Positions 26,905-37,135 of a stretch of 64,000 nucleotides of DNA are shown piece after piece (position 1 is the stretch's first letter; each line of letters opens with the position of its first letter). The notes under the pieces were generated by a model. It did no database searches and had not been told where the DNA came from. It saw only the letters and a list, made by a program, of their open reading frames with translations. Origin of the DNA: Actinomycetota bacterium (lineage in GTDB: Bacteria > Actinomycetota > CADDZG01 > WHSQ01); NCBI GenBank assembly GCA_009379915.1, contig WHSV01000006.1, positions 279 through 64,278 of the forward strand. Direction: 5' to 3'. The translations under genes and the position numbers were made by a program.

Positions 26905-26922
26905 ATACTTGTCGACAAATCA
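26905..26922. repeat. ATTTGTCGAC-family box
   Basis: The sequence atacttgtcgacaaatca lies 25 nt upstream of the parA-like ATG and downstream of the candidate promoter. Confidence 0.6.
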
Positions 26923-26938
26923 CCTTGTGGGCCGCCGG

Positions 26939-26967
26939 AGCGTATCCCGAAAAGACCCTCCCTACAA
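26939..26967 (-). promoter_or_regulatory. candidate promoter TTGTAG-17-TACGCT
   Basis: Minus strand: TTGTAG (26967-26962), 17 nt, then TACGCT (26944-26939). Confidence 0.3.
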
Positions 26968-27000
26968 GACCCAACTTCAGCAACATGAGCCACAGAGGAC

Positions 27001-27026
27001 CCGCGGGAGGCGTGAAAGGCCCGCGG
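27001..27026 (-). terminator. hairpin after deoB
   Basis: CCGCGGG (27001-27007) pairs with CCCGCGG (27020-27026). There is no U-tract. Confidence 0.3.
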
Positions 27027-27037
27027 CTGGAACCGAG

Positions 27038-28228
27038 CTAGTCGCCTCGGCGCGTCAACTCGGAGGCGAAGGATCGACCCGGAAGTGCGCTGGCGACCTC
27101 GAGCAGATCGACGACCGTGGCTCCGAGATCGGTGAACGAGGACCTCTCCCCCACGTCGACTCCGGGCTCCACGGACGAGCCCGCCGCCAGGACGAAGACC
27201 TTCTCGCGCGAGTGGTCCGTCGAGGGCGTGGTGGGGTCGTTCCCGTGGTCGGCCGTGAGGATCAGCACGTCATCCGCTCCCAGCGCGTCCAGCAGCTCGG
27301 GGAGCCTCCGGTCGAAGGCCTCCAGGGCCTCCGCATACCCGGAGGGGTCGTTCCGATGCCCGTAGGCCTGATCGAAATCCACCAGATTGGCGAAGATCAG
27401 CCCCCGCCCGGTTGCTCTCAGCTCCTCGATCGAGGCCGTGATGCCCTCATCGTTGGAGTGCGTGGGATGGGTGTGCGTGAAGCCCCGCTCGGCGAAGATG
27501 TCGTAGATCTTGCCCACCGAGCGGACCTCGAGGCCGGCCGCCTTGATCTCGTCCAGCACGGTGTCGCTCGGCGGCGGCACGGCGTAGTCATGCCGGTCCG
27601 CGGTCCGCTCGAACCCGTCCGGGGGACCCCGGAAAGGCCTCGCGATCACCCTGCCGACCTCGTGCTCCCCCGTCAGAAGCTCTCTGGCAATGGAACACAG
27701 CTCGTAGAGACGTTCCAGCGGGATGACGTCGACGTGGGCGGCGATCTGCCACACGCTGTCGCCCGAGGTGTAGACGATCGGCCTGCCGGTCCTCATGTGC
27801 TCCTCGCCGAGGTCCTTGATGATCTCGGTGCCCGACGCCGCATAGTTCCCCAGGATCTCGACCCCCGCCCTCCGCTCGAAGGCCTCGACCAGCTCGTCTG
27901 GAAAGCCCTCGGGGTAGAGCGGGAAGGGCTTGTCGAGCACGATTCCGGCGATCTCCCAGTGACCCGTCGTGGTGTCCTTGCCCGGCGAGGTCTCGACCAT
28001 CGAGCCATATGCGCCGCGGGGCCTCTCGGCGGGGGCCACGCCCTCGATCGCGACGATGTTGCCGAGCCCCAGCGACGCCATGTTCGGCAGCGACAGCCCG
28101 CCCACGGCTCTGGCGATGTTGGGCAACGTGGCGGAGCCGTCGTCGTCGAAGGCGGCGGCATCGGGGGCATCGCCGATGCCCGCCGAATCCAGCACGATGA
28201 GACAGACGGCGCGAGCCCCAGTGGTCAT
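27038..28228 (-). CDS. deoB: phosphopentomutase
   Basis: ORF 27038..28228. It contains [16 protein letters not shown]..., ADHGNDPT and [16 protein letters not shown]. Confidence 0.92.
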   Translation of the reverse strand: MTTGARAVCLIVLDSAGIGDAPDAAAFDDDGSATLPNIARAVGGLSLPNMASLGLGNIVAIEGVAPAERPRGAYGSMVETSPGKDTTTGHWEIAGIVLDKPFPLYPEGFPDELVEAFERRAGVEILGNYAASGTEIIKDLGEEHMRTGRPIVYTSGDSVWQIAAHVDVIPLERLYELCSIARELLTGEHEVGRVIARPFRGPPDGFERTADRHDYAVPPPSDTVLDEIKAAGLEVRSVGKIYDIFAERGFTHTHPTHSNDEGITASIEELRATGRGLIFANLVDFDQAYGHRNDPSGYAEALEAFDRRLPELLDALGADDVLILTADHGNDPTTPSTDHSREKVFVLAAGSSVEPGVDVGERSSFTDLGATVVDLLEVASALPGRSFASELTRRGD

Positions 28229-28234
28229 AGGTCG

Positions 28235-28240
28235 ATTGTA
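28235..28240 (-). promoter_or_regulatory. -10 hexamer TACAAT, 6 nt before the deoB ATG (leaderless)
   Basis: The minus strand reads cccTACAATcgacctATG. No Shine-Dalgarno is present. Confidence 0.45.
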
Positions 28241-28599
28241 GGGAAGCCCGGACGAGCCGGGACGCAGGGTTTCGACTTCCCGGGGCTCCGTGCGGAAACG
28301 GGTTGCGAGCCGACCAAACCGGCATCAACGAACTGGTATCGGCCCGACTCGGTGGGTCGGATCCGGCGAGTATCTGGAACGAAACCCGGTGTGGCTAGTT
28401 CCGTCACCAACAGGGTGCGTCACATGCGACACCGAGGGTCATCCCTGAAGGAGAACCGAACGCGAGATTCCGATAGGCGGGCCTCGAAAAGTTCCGCGCC
28501 ATCATCACTGGCCCGTCGGTGCCGCTTTTTGGTCTTGTGGGCCCCGAAGAGCCGGCGCAATGGCAGGCTCGACGACTTCCGACCCCGATTTCTAGAGCG

Positions 28600-28950
28600 T
28601 CAGGAGCTCAGCTGAGCGCAGGACACGCACAGGCTCGCCGTCGGCCTGGCCTCGAGGCGTTCGATGGGGATCTCTCGTCCACAGCGCTCGCACTTTCCAT
28701 AGGTTCCCTCGTCCATCCGCTTGAGCGCGCCACTGATCTCGGCGTGCCGGTGCTGGATCTGTTCGATGACGGACAGCATCTCGGATCGCTCCATGGTGGC
28801 CTGGGCGGAGTCGGCGAAACCCTCGTCGGTGGAGACCTCGACCGCCTCATCGGGATTGGCGGTGGCCCCGTGCTCCCCCAGCTGGCGCTCGACCGACTTC
28901 AGCTCCTCGATGAGCTGGGTGCGAATCATCTGTAGTTTGTCTTGCTCCAT
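28600..28950 (-). CDS. DksA/TraR family C4-type zinc finger protein
   Basis: ORF 28600..29013. CERCGREIPIERLEARPTASLCVSC is the zinc finger. Start taken at MEQDKLQ (ATG 28950). A TTG at 29013 (TTGA overlap with the xerD stop) is an alternative. Confidence 0.8.
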   Translation of the reverse strand: MEQDKLQMIRTQLIEELKSVERQLGEHGATANPDEAVEVSTDEGFADSAQATMERSEMLSVIEQIQHRHAEISGALKRMDEGTYGKCERCGREIPIERLEARPTASLCVSCAQLSS

Positions 28951-29009
28951 CAATCCCCCAAGGGTCCTTGGATCGTCGGTGGTGTCGCCCGCGCCGGCTC
29001 TGCTCCGGT

Positions 29010-29972
29010 TCAACTTCTGGCACGGGGGTGAGAGGTCAGATACACCTCTCTCAGCCGGCTGTCGCTCACCAGGGTATACACCTGCGTGGTGGCGAGACTT
29101 GCGTGGCCGAGCAGTTCCTGCACCACTCTTATATCTGCTCCAGCGTCCAACATGTGCGTCGCGAACGAGTGGCGCAGGGTGTGTGGTGACACCTTATCGC
29201 CCAAAGCCGCACGCCGAGCATAGGCCTTCAAGATCTTCCAGCACCCCTGCCGGCTGAGACGGCCTCCCCGGGCGTTCAGGAACAGGGCGCTCCGCCCGCC
29301 CGCCCCCCGTGCGCGCGTCACGAGGACCGGCCTGGACTGCGTCGTGTAGGCACCGACCGCCATCTTCGCCATGCTCCCCAGGGGCACCCGGCGGGACTTG
29401 CTCCCTTTGCCCGCCCGCACCAGCACAGCCGAAGCGTCGAGGTCCACGTCGTCGACGTCGAGCCCCACGAGCTCGCTGATGCGGAGCCCCGCGCCGTAGA
29501 GGGTTTCGAGGATGGCTCGGTCGCGCCGACCGAGCAGGTCCTCGGCGGGGCCCCCGAGCAGAGACTCGACCTCGTCGAGCCGAATGGCCTTGGGCAGGGA
29601 CTTGGGTTGCTTGGGACTCCCGATCCTCCCGGTCGGATCTGCGTCGAGGTAGTCCTCGCGGACCAGGAACTTGTAGAGCGAGCGGAGGGCGACGAGCATC
29701 CGAGCCACCGAAGACGGGGCCAGCGCCTTGGACGCCGGCGGCCGACCCTCCCTCAGGCCTGCCAGGAAGTCGGTCACGTCGTCGCCGACCGCGTTCGCCG
29801 GATCCAACCCGGCTCGGCGGCAGTATTCCAGCCACGTCTCGAGATCGCGCCTGTAGGCGGACACGGTGTTCGGCGCAAGACCTCGCTCGGTAGAGATGTA
29901 GGTAAGGAACTCGCTTACGAGACGGCGAAAGGTAGCCGTCGAGTCCGGGTCGGGATGAGACGGCGGGCTCAC
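29010..29972 (-). CDS. xerD: tyrosine site-specific recombinase XerD/XerC
   Basis: ORF 29010..30263 trimmed to the GTG at 29972 (GTGA overlap with the ald stop). It contains RAILETLYGAGLRISEL and HTLRHSFATHMLDAGADIRVVQELLGHASLATTQVY. Confidence 0.9.
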   Translation of the reverse strand: MSPPSHPDPDSTATFRRLVSEFLTYISTERGLAPNTVSAYRRDLETWLEYCRRAGLDPANAVGDDVTDFLAGLREGRPPASKALAPSSVARMLVALRSLYKFLVREDYLDADPTGRIGSPKQPKSLPKAIRLDEVESLLGGPAEDLLGRRDRAILETLYGAGLRISELVGLDVDDVDLDASAVLVRAGKGSKSRRVPLGSMAKMAVGAYTTQSRPVLVTRARGAGGRSALFLNARGGRLSRQGCWKILKAYARRAALGDKVSPHTLRHSFATHMLDAGADIRVVQELLGHASLATTQVYTLVSDSRLREVYLTSHPRARS

Positions 29973-31081
29973 AACAATTTTTCGATGGGTGTGAACTCGA
30001 GGCCATGGGCCTGGCACACGGGCTCGTAGGTGCACGAGCCGGCGTAGCTGTTGACTCCCTGTGCCAGCGCGGGGTCGGTGGTCACGGCCTCTCTCAGTCC
30101 CTTCTCCGCGAGCGTGAGTGCGTAAGGCAACGTCAGGTTGGTCAGCGCATAGGTCGAAGTGTGGGGAACGGCTCCCGGCATGTTCCCGACGCAGTAGTGA
30201 ACGACATCGTGGACCACGTAGGTCGGATCCGAGTGCGTCGTCATCTTCGAGGTCTCGAAGCATCCACCCTGATCGATCGAGATGTCGACGATCACCGCTC
30301 CCGGCTTCATCCCCTTGATGATCTCCTCGGTCACGACCTTCGGAGCCAGAGCGCCGGGCACCAGCACGGCGCCGATCACGAGGTCCGCCTGCGTCGCGAT
30401 CTCCTCGACCACGAGCCGGTTCGACATCAGCGTCAGGATGCGCCCCTTGTGGATGCGGTCGACCTCTCGCAGCTTGGCGATGTTCGTGTCGAGGATGATG
30501 ACCTCGGCCTCCATTCCCTGCGCGATCCAGGCCGCGTTCATCCCGGACATGCCCGCGCCGATGACGACGACCTTGGCAGGAGCGACACCGGACACCCCGC
30601 CCATGAGGATGCCCCGGCCCCCGTTCTCGCGCTCGAGGAAGTGGGCGCCCACCTGCGGCGCCATGCGTCCGGCCACCTCGCTCATGGGGGCGAGCAGGGG
30701 CAGCGACCCGTCCGGGTACTCGACCGTCTCGTAGGCGACGCCCGTCGCCTTCGATTCGAGCAGAGCGGTCGTCACCTTGTCGGACGCGGCGAGGTGCAGG
30801 TAGGTGAACAGGATCAGACCGTCGCGCAGCCGGTGGAACTCTTCCTCGATTGGCTCCTTCACCTTGAGGACCATGTCGGCCTCGGCGAAGACGACGTCCG
30901 CGTTCGGCACGATTACCGCACCGGCGCGCTCGAACTCGGAATCAAAGATGCTCGAGCCCCGGCCCGCGTCCTTCTCGATGATGACCTCGTGGTTGTGGAC
31001 GACGAACTCACGCACGCCGGCGGGCGTGATCGCGACGCGATACTCGTTGTCCTTTAGCTCGCGGGGTACTCCAATCTTCAT
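29969..31081 (-). CDS. ald: alanine dehydrogenase
   Basis: ORF 29969..31081. It starts MKIGVPRELKDNEYRVAITP and has VVVIGAGMSGMNAA. Confidence 0.93.
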   Translation of the reverse strand: MKIGVPRELKDNEYRVAITPAGVREFVVHNHEVIIEKDAGRGSSIFDSEFERAGAVIVPNADVVFAEADMVLKVKEPIEEEFHRLRDGLILFTYLHLAASDKVTTALLESKATGVAYETVEYPDGSLPLLAPMSEVAGRMAPQVGAHFLERENGGRGILMGGVSGVAPAKVVVIGAGMSGMNAAWIAQGMEAEVIILDTNIAKLREVDRIHKGRILTLMSNRLVVEEIATQADLVIGAVLVPGALAPKVVTEEIIKGMKPGAVIVDISIDQGGCFETSKMTTHSDPTYVVHDVVHYCVGNMPGAVPHTSTYALTNLTLPYALTLAEKGLREAVTTDPALAQGVNSYAGSCTYEPVCQAHGLEFTPIEKLL

Positions 31082-31110
31082 GAACCAAACCCCCCTTGGT
31101 TTGTTGGTTC
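31082..31110 (-). terminator. hairpin between pyrG and ald
   Basis: On the minus strand, GAACC-aac-AAACC-aagggg-GGTTT-GGTTC ends 1 nt before the ald ATG. The G-rich Shine-Dalgarno sits in the loop. Confidence 0.35.
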
Positions 31111-31115
31111 AGAGA

Positions 31116-32864
<1,749 letters not shown>

Positions 32865-32973
32865 TCATACCTGGTGACGACCCCCGACCCTCCAAAGGGC
32901 GACATCGCTTTCGATGCGGCCTCGGTGTGGGGGAAGTCAGCCCAAAGTAGCACGCGCGCGCCTTGGGGCGCGT

Positions 32974-33813
32974 CTATTTGCGGCCGATTCGGTCCACTGC
33001 CTTCAGCCACGGCGTCGTATCGATGACCCGGGAGAACGAGACCTTCTCGGAAACGACGTTGAGCGCGCCGATCACGAGCACCGCTAGCAGCCGAAAGGGC
33101 TCGTCGAGCGAGTAGGCGAGACCCAGGCCGACGACCGCTCCGATCGGGTTCGCGCCGGCGTCTCCGAGCATGGCCCCCTCTCTCAAGTCGACCGCCGTCA
33201 CGGCCACGAGAGCCCCCACGACCCCCGCCGTCCCGACGGCGAAACCGGCGGGCCCGAAGACCATGAGGGGAACGAAAAAGAGGAAAGCCACCTTGAGGGC
33301 GCGTCCGGGGGCCCGGTCGAGCAGGTTGAAGAGATTTGCCGTCAGCCCAACGAGGAGGAACACCTCGACCTTGTGGCCGAGGCCGTCCGCGGGTATTGCC
33401 GCTACCGCTCCGGCGAGGCCACCCGCGATGATCTTGACGAGACCTCCCGTCAACGCGCCCCCACCCATCGAGGTCATGTGTCCTCGGAAGCCCCGGGCCT
33501 GCTCGTCGCCCCTGCGGTCGTCGAAGAGCCCGGCGGCGAACATCAGGGTCACCACGACGATGACCAGCGTGGTCCCGACGCGCCCGACCGGCGCCCCCTC
33601 GGTCACCGAAATCGAAAACACGAGAGCGAAACTCCCGGCGATGCTCCCGAACAACACCCCGAAACCGAGCACGACCGGCACCTCACGCTGGTTGACGTTG
33701 ATCCTGACGAGAGATCTAGGAGCCGACGCGAGCGCGACCCGGACGGCGAGCAATGAGGCGACGAACCCCGCCACAAACGGGGCCACCACCCAGGCACCGA
33801 CGTCGTCGGTCAC
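32974..33813 (-). CDS. polyprenyl-phosphate sugar-phosphate transferase-like membrane protein (MraY/WecA GT4 family-like)
   Basis: ORF 32974..33813. It has about 9 TM segments plus GLFDDRRG, ANLFNLLDRAPG and MLGDAGANPIG, which echo MraY/WecA motifs. The DGxDG motif is not intact. Confidence 0.55.
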   Translation of the reverse strand: MTDDVGAWVVAPFVAGFVASLLAVRVALASAPRSLVRINVNQREVPVVLGFGVLFGSIAGSFALVFSISVTEGAPVGRVGTTLVIVVVTLMFAAGLFDDRRGDEQARGFRGHMTSMGGGALTGGLVKIIAGGLAGAVAAIPADGLGHKVEVFLLVGLTANLFNLLDRAPGRALKVAFLFFVPLMVFGPAGFAVGTAGVVGALVAVTAVDLREGAMLGDAGANPIGAVVGLGLAYSLDEPFRLLAVLVIGALNVVSEKVSFSRVIDTTPWLKAVDRIGRK

Positions 33814-36053
33814 GCCGGCACCTCCTTCCGGGCGGGCGGTGGGCCGGTTAGGGGAGGCGCGTCCATGGACAGGTGCACCAGCAGCGCCATGGGGACCAGG
33901 AAGGACAGGATCACCGCCGGTATGACGATGCCCGAGTCGTTGACGGCGAATCCCGTGACGGCGAGCACCAGGCCCCCGATCAAACCGGCCCTGAGCTTGG
34001 GATAGTCGAACGCGAACTGCTGCCAGCGTCCGCTCGGACGGCGTAGCAGAAAGACCATCGCCAAGAGAGCCGGCGGCACGAAGTAGGTCCAGATCGCCGA
34101 CGTGAACACGCGAAGGTTCGCCGTGGCTTTTCGCTCGATGGTGTCGAACAGAGCTCCGAACCCTCTGTCACGCGTGTCCTCGTAGAGCCGCGCGAGATGG
34201 GTCTGCGACTCGGCCGGCAGCGCGAGGTCGACAATGAGGAAGAGGCCCAGGACCACCACGCCGGCCACGCCGGCGACGACGGCCGTCCGCAGCCTCGGCT
34301 TCCGGCCGCTCAGCAGCACGAGGGTTATGCCCAGCGCGGGAACGAGGGCCAGGACTCCACCGACGTCGCTCCCGAACGCGGGAGCACCGTCAATGACGAT
34401 CGTCACGAGAAGTAGCGCGACGATGAGCGGCATCGTGAAGGGCCTGTCGCTGAAGCGGTAGGCGATGAGCGCCCCGGTCAATAGTGCCGTCACCCCGAAC
34501 ACGGCGAAGACGATATTGCCCGCACCGACGAACCGCCCCGCGACGATGGGCGAATAGCCGAACACCGTATTGAGCTGCAACATGCTTCCCGTCACGAGGT
34601 CGAGCGCGACGACCAACCACGTGAAGGCAACCAGCGCCAGAAGCCGGTCCAACGAATTCCTGAAGACTGTAGACGCGGTCAACACAAGCGCCGCCATGAT
34701 TGCGACCAGCAGCGCACCAAACGCGGCCCCACCCAAGGCGTGTCCGTCGACCACACCTGCGAGATAGGTCGACACCGGAAACGCAACCACGGCGAGACCG
34801 CACATCTGGAGCGTCCGCGCGGCGGTGGAACCCACCCCCTCGCGCCGCTCGCGCCGGACGAGCAACAGCAGCAAGAGGACGTAGACCATCACCTGGAACA
34901 AGACGAAGATCGCGCTCATCGGTCCTTTGACCTCGTCGATGAAGACGGACTCGTCGTCGAGCGCCGTCATCGTGGCGACCGGTGGGTCGCTCGACGGATG
35001 GGACACGATTGCCCGGCCGTTCATCACCGGGGGCCTGTCGATGCCGAGGTGCCCGAGGATCGTCGGAGCGACATCGGGGAGCGTCACCAGGCTCCGACGA
35101 CGGGTCGAGGCCGATTCGAGCGCCGTCCCCGCCTCGAAGTCGCTCCCCACCGCGACCGCCACACCGAGATGCGCCTCGTCGGCCCACGATGGCGAGGTCG
35201 GCGACACGACCAGCAACAGGTCGTCGGGCTCCATGCGGTCACGGAGATCGCCGAGCAGGTCATCGGATGCCATCAGCGCCTCCCGCTGCGACGAGACGAG
35301 GTCGCCGGTTATCTCGTCGCGGCCCAACGCCATGACCCACTGATCGAAGCGCGTCAAATCTCCCTGGTCGACGAACGCCACCCCGCAGTCCTCGGCCCCG
35401 AAGAAGGCGTCGAGCGCGTCGGACAACCGCTCGGGGTCGGTCCGCACGCCATAGGGAGCCGCGTCGTCGGCGGCGAGCAGGCCGTCGCCCGTGGCGGCCG
35501 CGTCGACCACCCCCTCGGGGCTCATCGCCGACAAGAGGGTCCACCGTCCGAAGCCGATGGGTGCGGGCGCCGGTCTGCCCAGATCCCCGTTGCCGATCGC
35601 ATAAACGGGGGCCTCGAGAGCGCCGCTCAACGCGCCGGGCCGAGCGCCGTAACCGTCGTCCTCAGCAATCCGCTCGATCTCCTCGACTCCTGCAACCCGC
35701 ACATCCGATATCCCAGGTGGACGCCCTGCGGGATTTGAGGTCTCGTACACGACCGGACCCCCCGTCGTCACTCCCCCGTCGACCCGCGCGCCGGCACCCA
35801 TGGTCACGAACCCCGACGCCAGCGACGTACGGGATGCGTTCGTACGAACGGACATCGAGCCCCACGCACCATCCTCGACCGCCTGGACGATATTCGGCGG
35901 CTCGAAGCGTTGGATGTCCGACCACAGGACACCCGGCAGCGCCAACACGACGCTGCGGGAGCAGTTCTCCTGGGCCTGGACCGGAGCCGCGGTCACCAGC
36001 GCCAAAGCGGATGCCGCGACGAAGGTCCGCGCGACCCTCAGCGTGCGTGCCAT
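33810..36053 (-). CDS. large membrane protein: exported alkaline-phosphatase-superfamily-like domain plus polytopic C-terminal domain
   Basis: ORF 33810..36053. It has a signal peptide (AAPVQAQ), a soluble domain of about 370 aa ending in LPDVAPTILGHLGI, then about 10 TM helices. Confidence 0.6.
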   Translation of the reverse strand: MARTLRVARTFVAASALALVTAAPVQAQENCSRSVVLALPGVLWSDIQRFEPPNIVQAVEDGAWGSMSVRTNASRTSLASGFVTMGAGARVDGGVTTGGPVVYETSNPAGRPPGISDVRVAGVEEIERIAEDDGYGARPGALSGALEAPVYAIGNGDLGRPAPAPIGFGRWTLLSAMSPEGVVDAAATGDGLLAADDAAPYGVRTDPERLSDALDAFFGAEDCGVAFVDQGDLTRFDQWVMALGRDEITGDLVSSQREALMASDDLLGDLRDRMEPDDLLLVVSPTSPSWADEAHLGVAVAVGSDFEAGTALESASTRRRSLVTLPDVAPTILGHLGIDRPPVMNGRAIVSHPSSDPPVATMTALDDESVFIDEVKGPMSAIFVLFQVMVYVLLLLLLVRRERREGVGSTAARTLQMCGLAVVAFPVSTYLAGVVDGHALGGAAFGALLVAIMAALVLTASTVFRNSLDRLLALVAFTWLVVALDLVTGSMLQLNTVFGYSPIVAGRFVGAGNIVFAVFGVTALLTGALIAYRFSDRPFTMPLIVALLLVTIVIDGAPAFGSDVGGVLALVPALGITLVLLSGRKPRLRTAVVAGVAGVVVLGLFLIVDLALPAESQTHLARLYEDTRDRGFGALFDTIERKATANLRVFTSAIWTYFVPPALLAMVFLLRRPSGRWQQFAFDYPKLRAGLIGGLVLAVTGFAVNDSGIVIPAVILSFLVPMALLVHLSMDAPPLTGPPPARKEVPA

Positions 36054-37135
36054 TCGTACGCTCCGCTCAGGCGAGTCAGCATCTGGCTCGTCGAGAATCG
36101 CCTGCGGAGATCGACGAGCGCTTGCTCCGCGTATCGAGTTGCCATCTCGGACGAGCTCAACACGTCGCTCAGGGCCGCAGCGAGGGCCTCGGCGTCACCC
36201 TTTGGCACGAGCCGTCCGGAGGATCGATCTCCGATCAACTCCGGCATGCCCCCGACTTCGGTCGACACCACGGGGACGCCGAGGAGAACCGCTTCCTGAG
36301 CGGCAAGAGGGACTCCCTCCCAGTTCGACGACAGGCTGAAGACGTCCGCGGCGTGGATCCAGTCCGCGATGTCGTTTCGCCAGCCGAGCCACCGCACGCG
36401 GTCGCCGAGGCCCATTGCCAGCGACATCGTCTTCAGCCTCTGCTCGTCCGGACCCTGGCCGAGCACGATCAATACGACGTTTGCGGGGAGCCGCGCGAGC
36501 GCGCTGAGCATGACGTTCAGGGCCTTCTGCGCAGAGAGCCGCGACACGGTGACGATAAGTCTTGCATCGTCGGGCACGTCCGCCTCGGCACGAATCTGCG
36601 CGGGGGTCCTCTTCAGACGCGGAGCGTCGCCGATTCCGAGGTAGAGAATCTCGACCTTCCCCGCAGACTTGGGTGACCGCCCGCGCAGGTGTCTCGCGAT
36701 CTCTTCCGAGACCGCGAAGGTGTGCTGGGTGAGGCGCACGGATAAGGGCTCGGCCCATTTGTATGCAGCGGCTTTCACTCGCCCCGAGACGTCCGGGAGC
36801 ACGAGGTTGTGGACCGTTTGCAAGGTGGGGACCTCCAGCGGGCGCGCTGCCAGCGCCGCGTCGATCCCCGCCCGCAGCCCGTGCGCGTGGACGACGTCGT
36901 AGCCGCCCTGTCGGAGATAGCTGCGCAGTCTCCGCACGATCCGTGAGTGACCACGCGGGCCATCGGGGATATCGAGGGGAATGACGGCTTTGGGCATGGG
37001 CACGGGAAGGTCTCTCGGTCCGGCGACGTCGATCGTGAGATCGTCGCCGTCCAGGGCCTCCGTGATCTGGGCGACGTGTCTTGCTATCCCACCTGCGGAG
37101 CGGCCGAGGACCTGGAGGACGTTCAACCGGCTCAC
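36038..37135 (-). CDS. glycosyltransferase family 4 (GT-B fold)
   Basis: ORF 36038..37135. SNWEGVPLAAQEAVLLGVPVVSTEVGGMPELI is an EX7E-type motif. The start forms a GTGA overlap with the murJ stop. Confidence 0.85.
   Translation of the reverse strand: MSRLNVLQVLGRSAGGIARHVAQITEALDGDDLTIDVAGPRDLPVPMPKAVIPLDIPDGPRGHSRIVRRLRSYLRQGGYDVVHAHGLRAGIDAALAARPLEVPTLQTVHNLVLPDVSGRVKAAAYKWAEPLSVRLTQHTFAVSEEIARHLRGRSPKSAGKVEILYLGIGDAPRLKRTPAQIRAEADVPDDARLIVTVSRLSAQKALNVMLSALARLPANVVLIVLGQGPDEQRLKTMSLAMGLGDRVRWLGWRNDIADWIHAADVFSLSSNWEGVPLAAQEAVLLGVPVVSTEVGGMPELIGDRSSGRLVPKGDAEALAAALSDVLSSSEMATRYAEQALVDLRRRFSTSQMLTRLSGAYEWHAR

Noticed and set aside
28229-28599. tmRNA or RNase P RNA in the dksA-deoB spacer. 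GGGTTTCGACTTC resembles the tmRNA 5' region. AGGGAAGCCCGGAC and ACGAAACCCGGTG faintly resemble the RNase P P4 strands.
   Set aside because: There is no T-arm (GGTTCGA-type), no matching acceptor 3' strand or ACCA, and no plausible tag reading frame ending in AA. For RNase P, the GGTAAGGGTGAAA and GAGCGCACC-type modules are missing, and the candidate P4 strands are only about 150 nt apart.
29010-29972. A dif site near xerD.
   Set aside because: No 28-bp dif-like sequence with an AT-rich central ATAA...TTAT-type core was seen in the neighbouring spacers.
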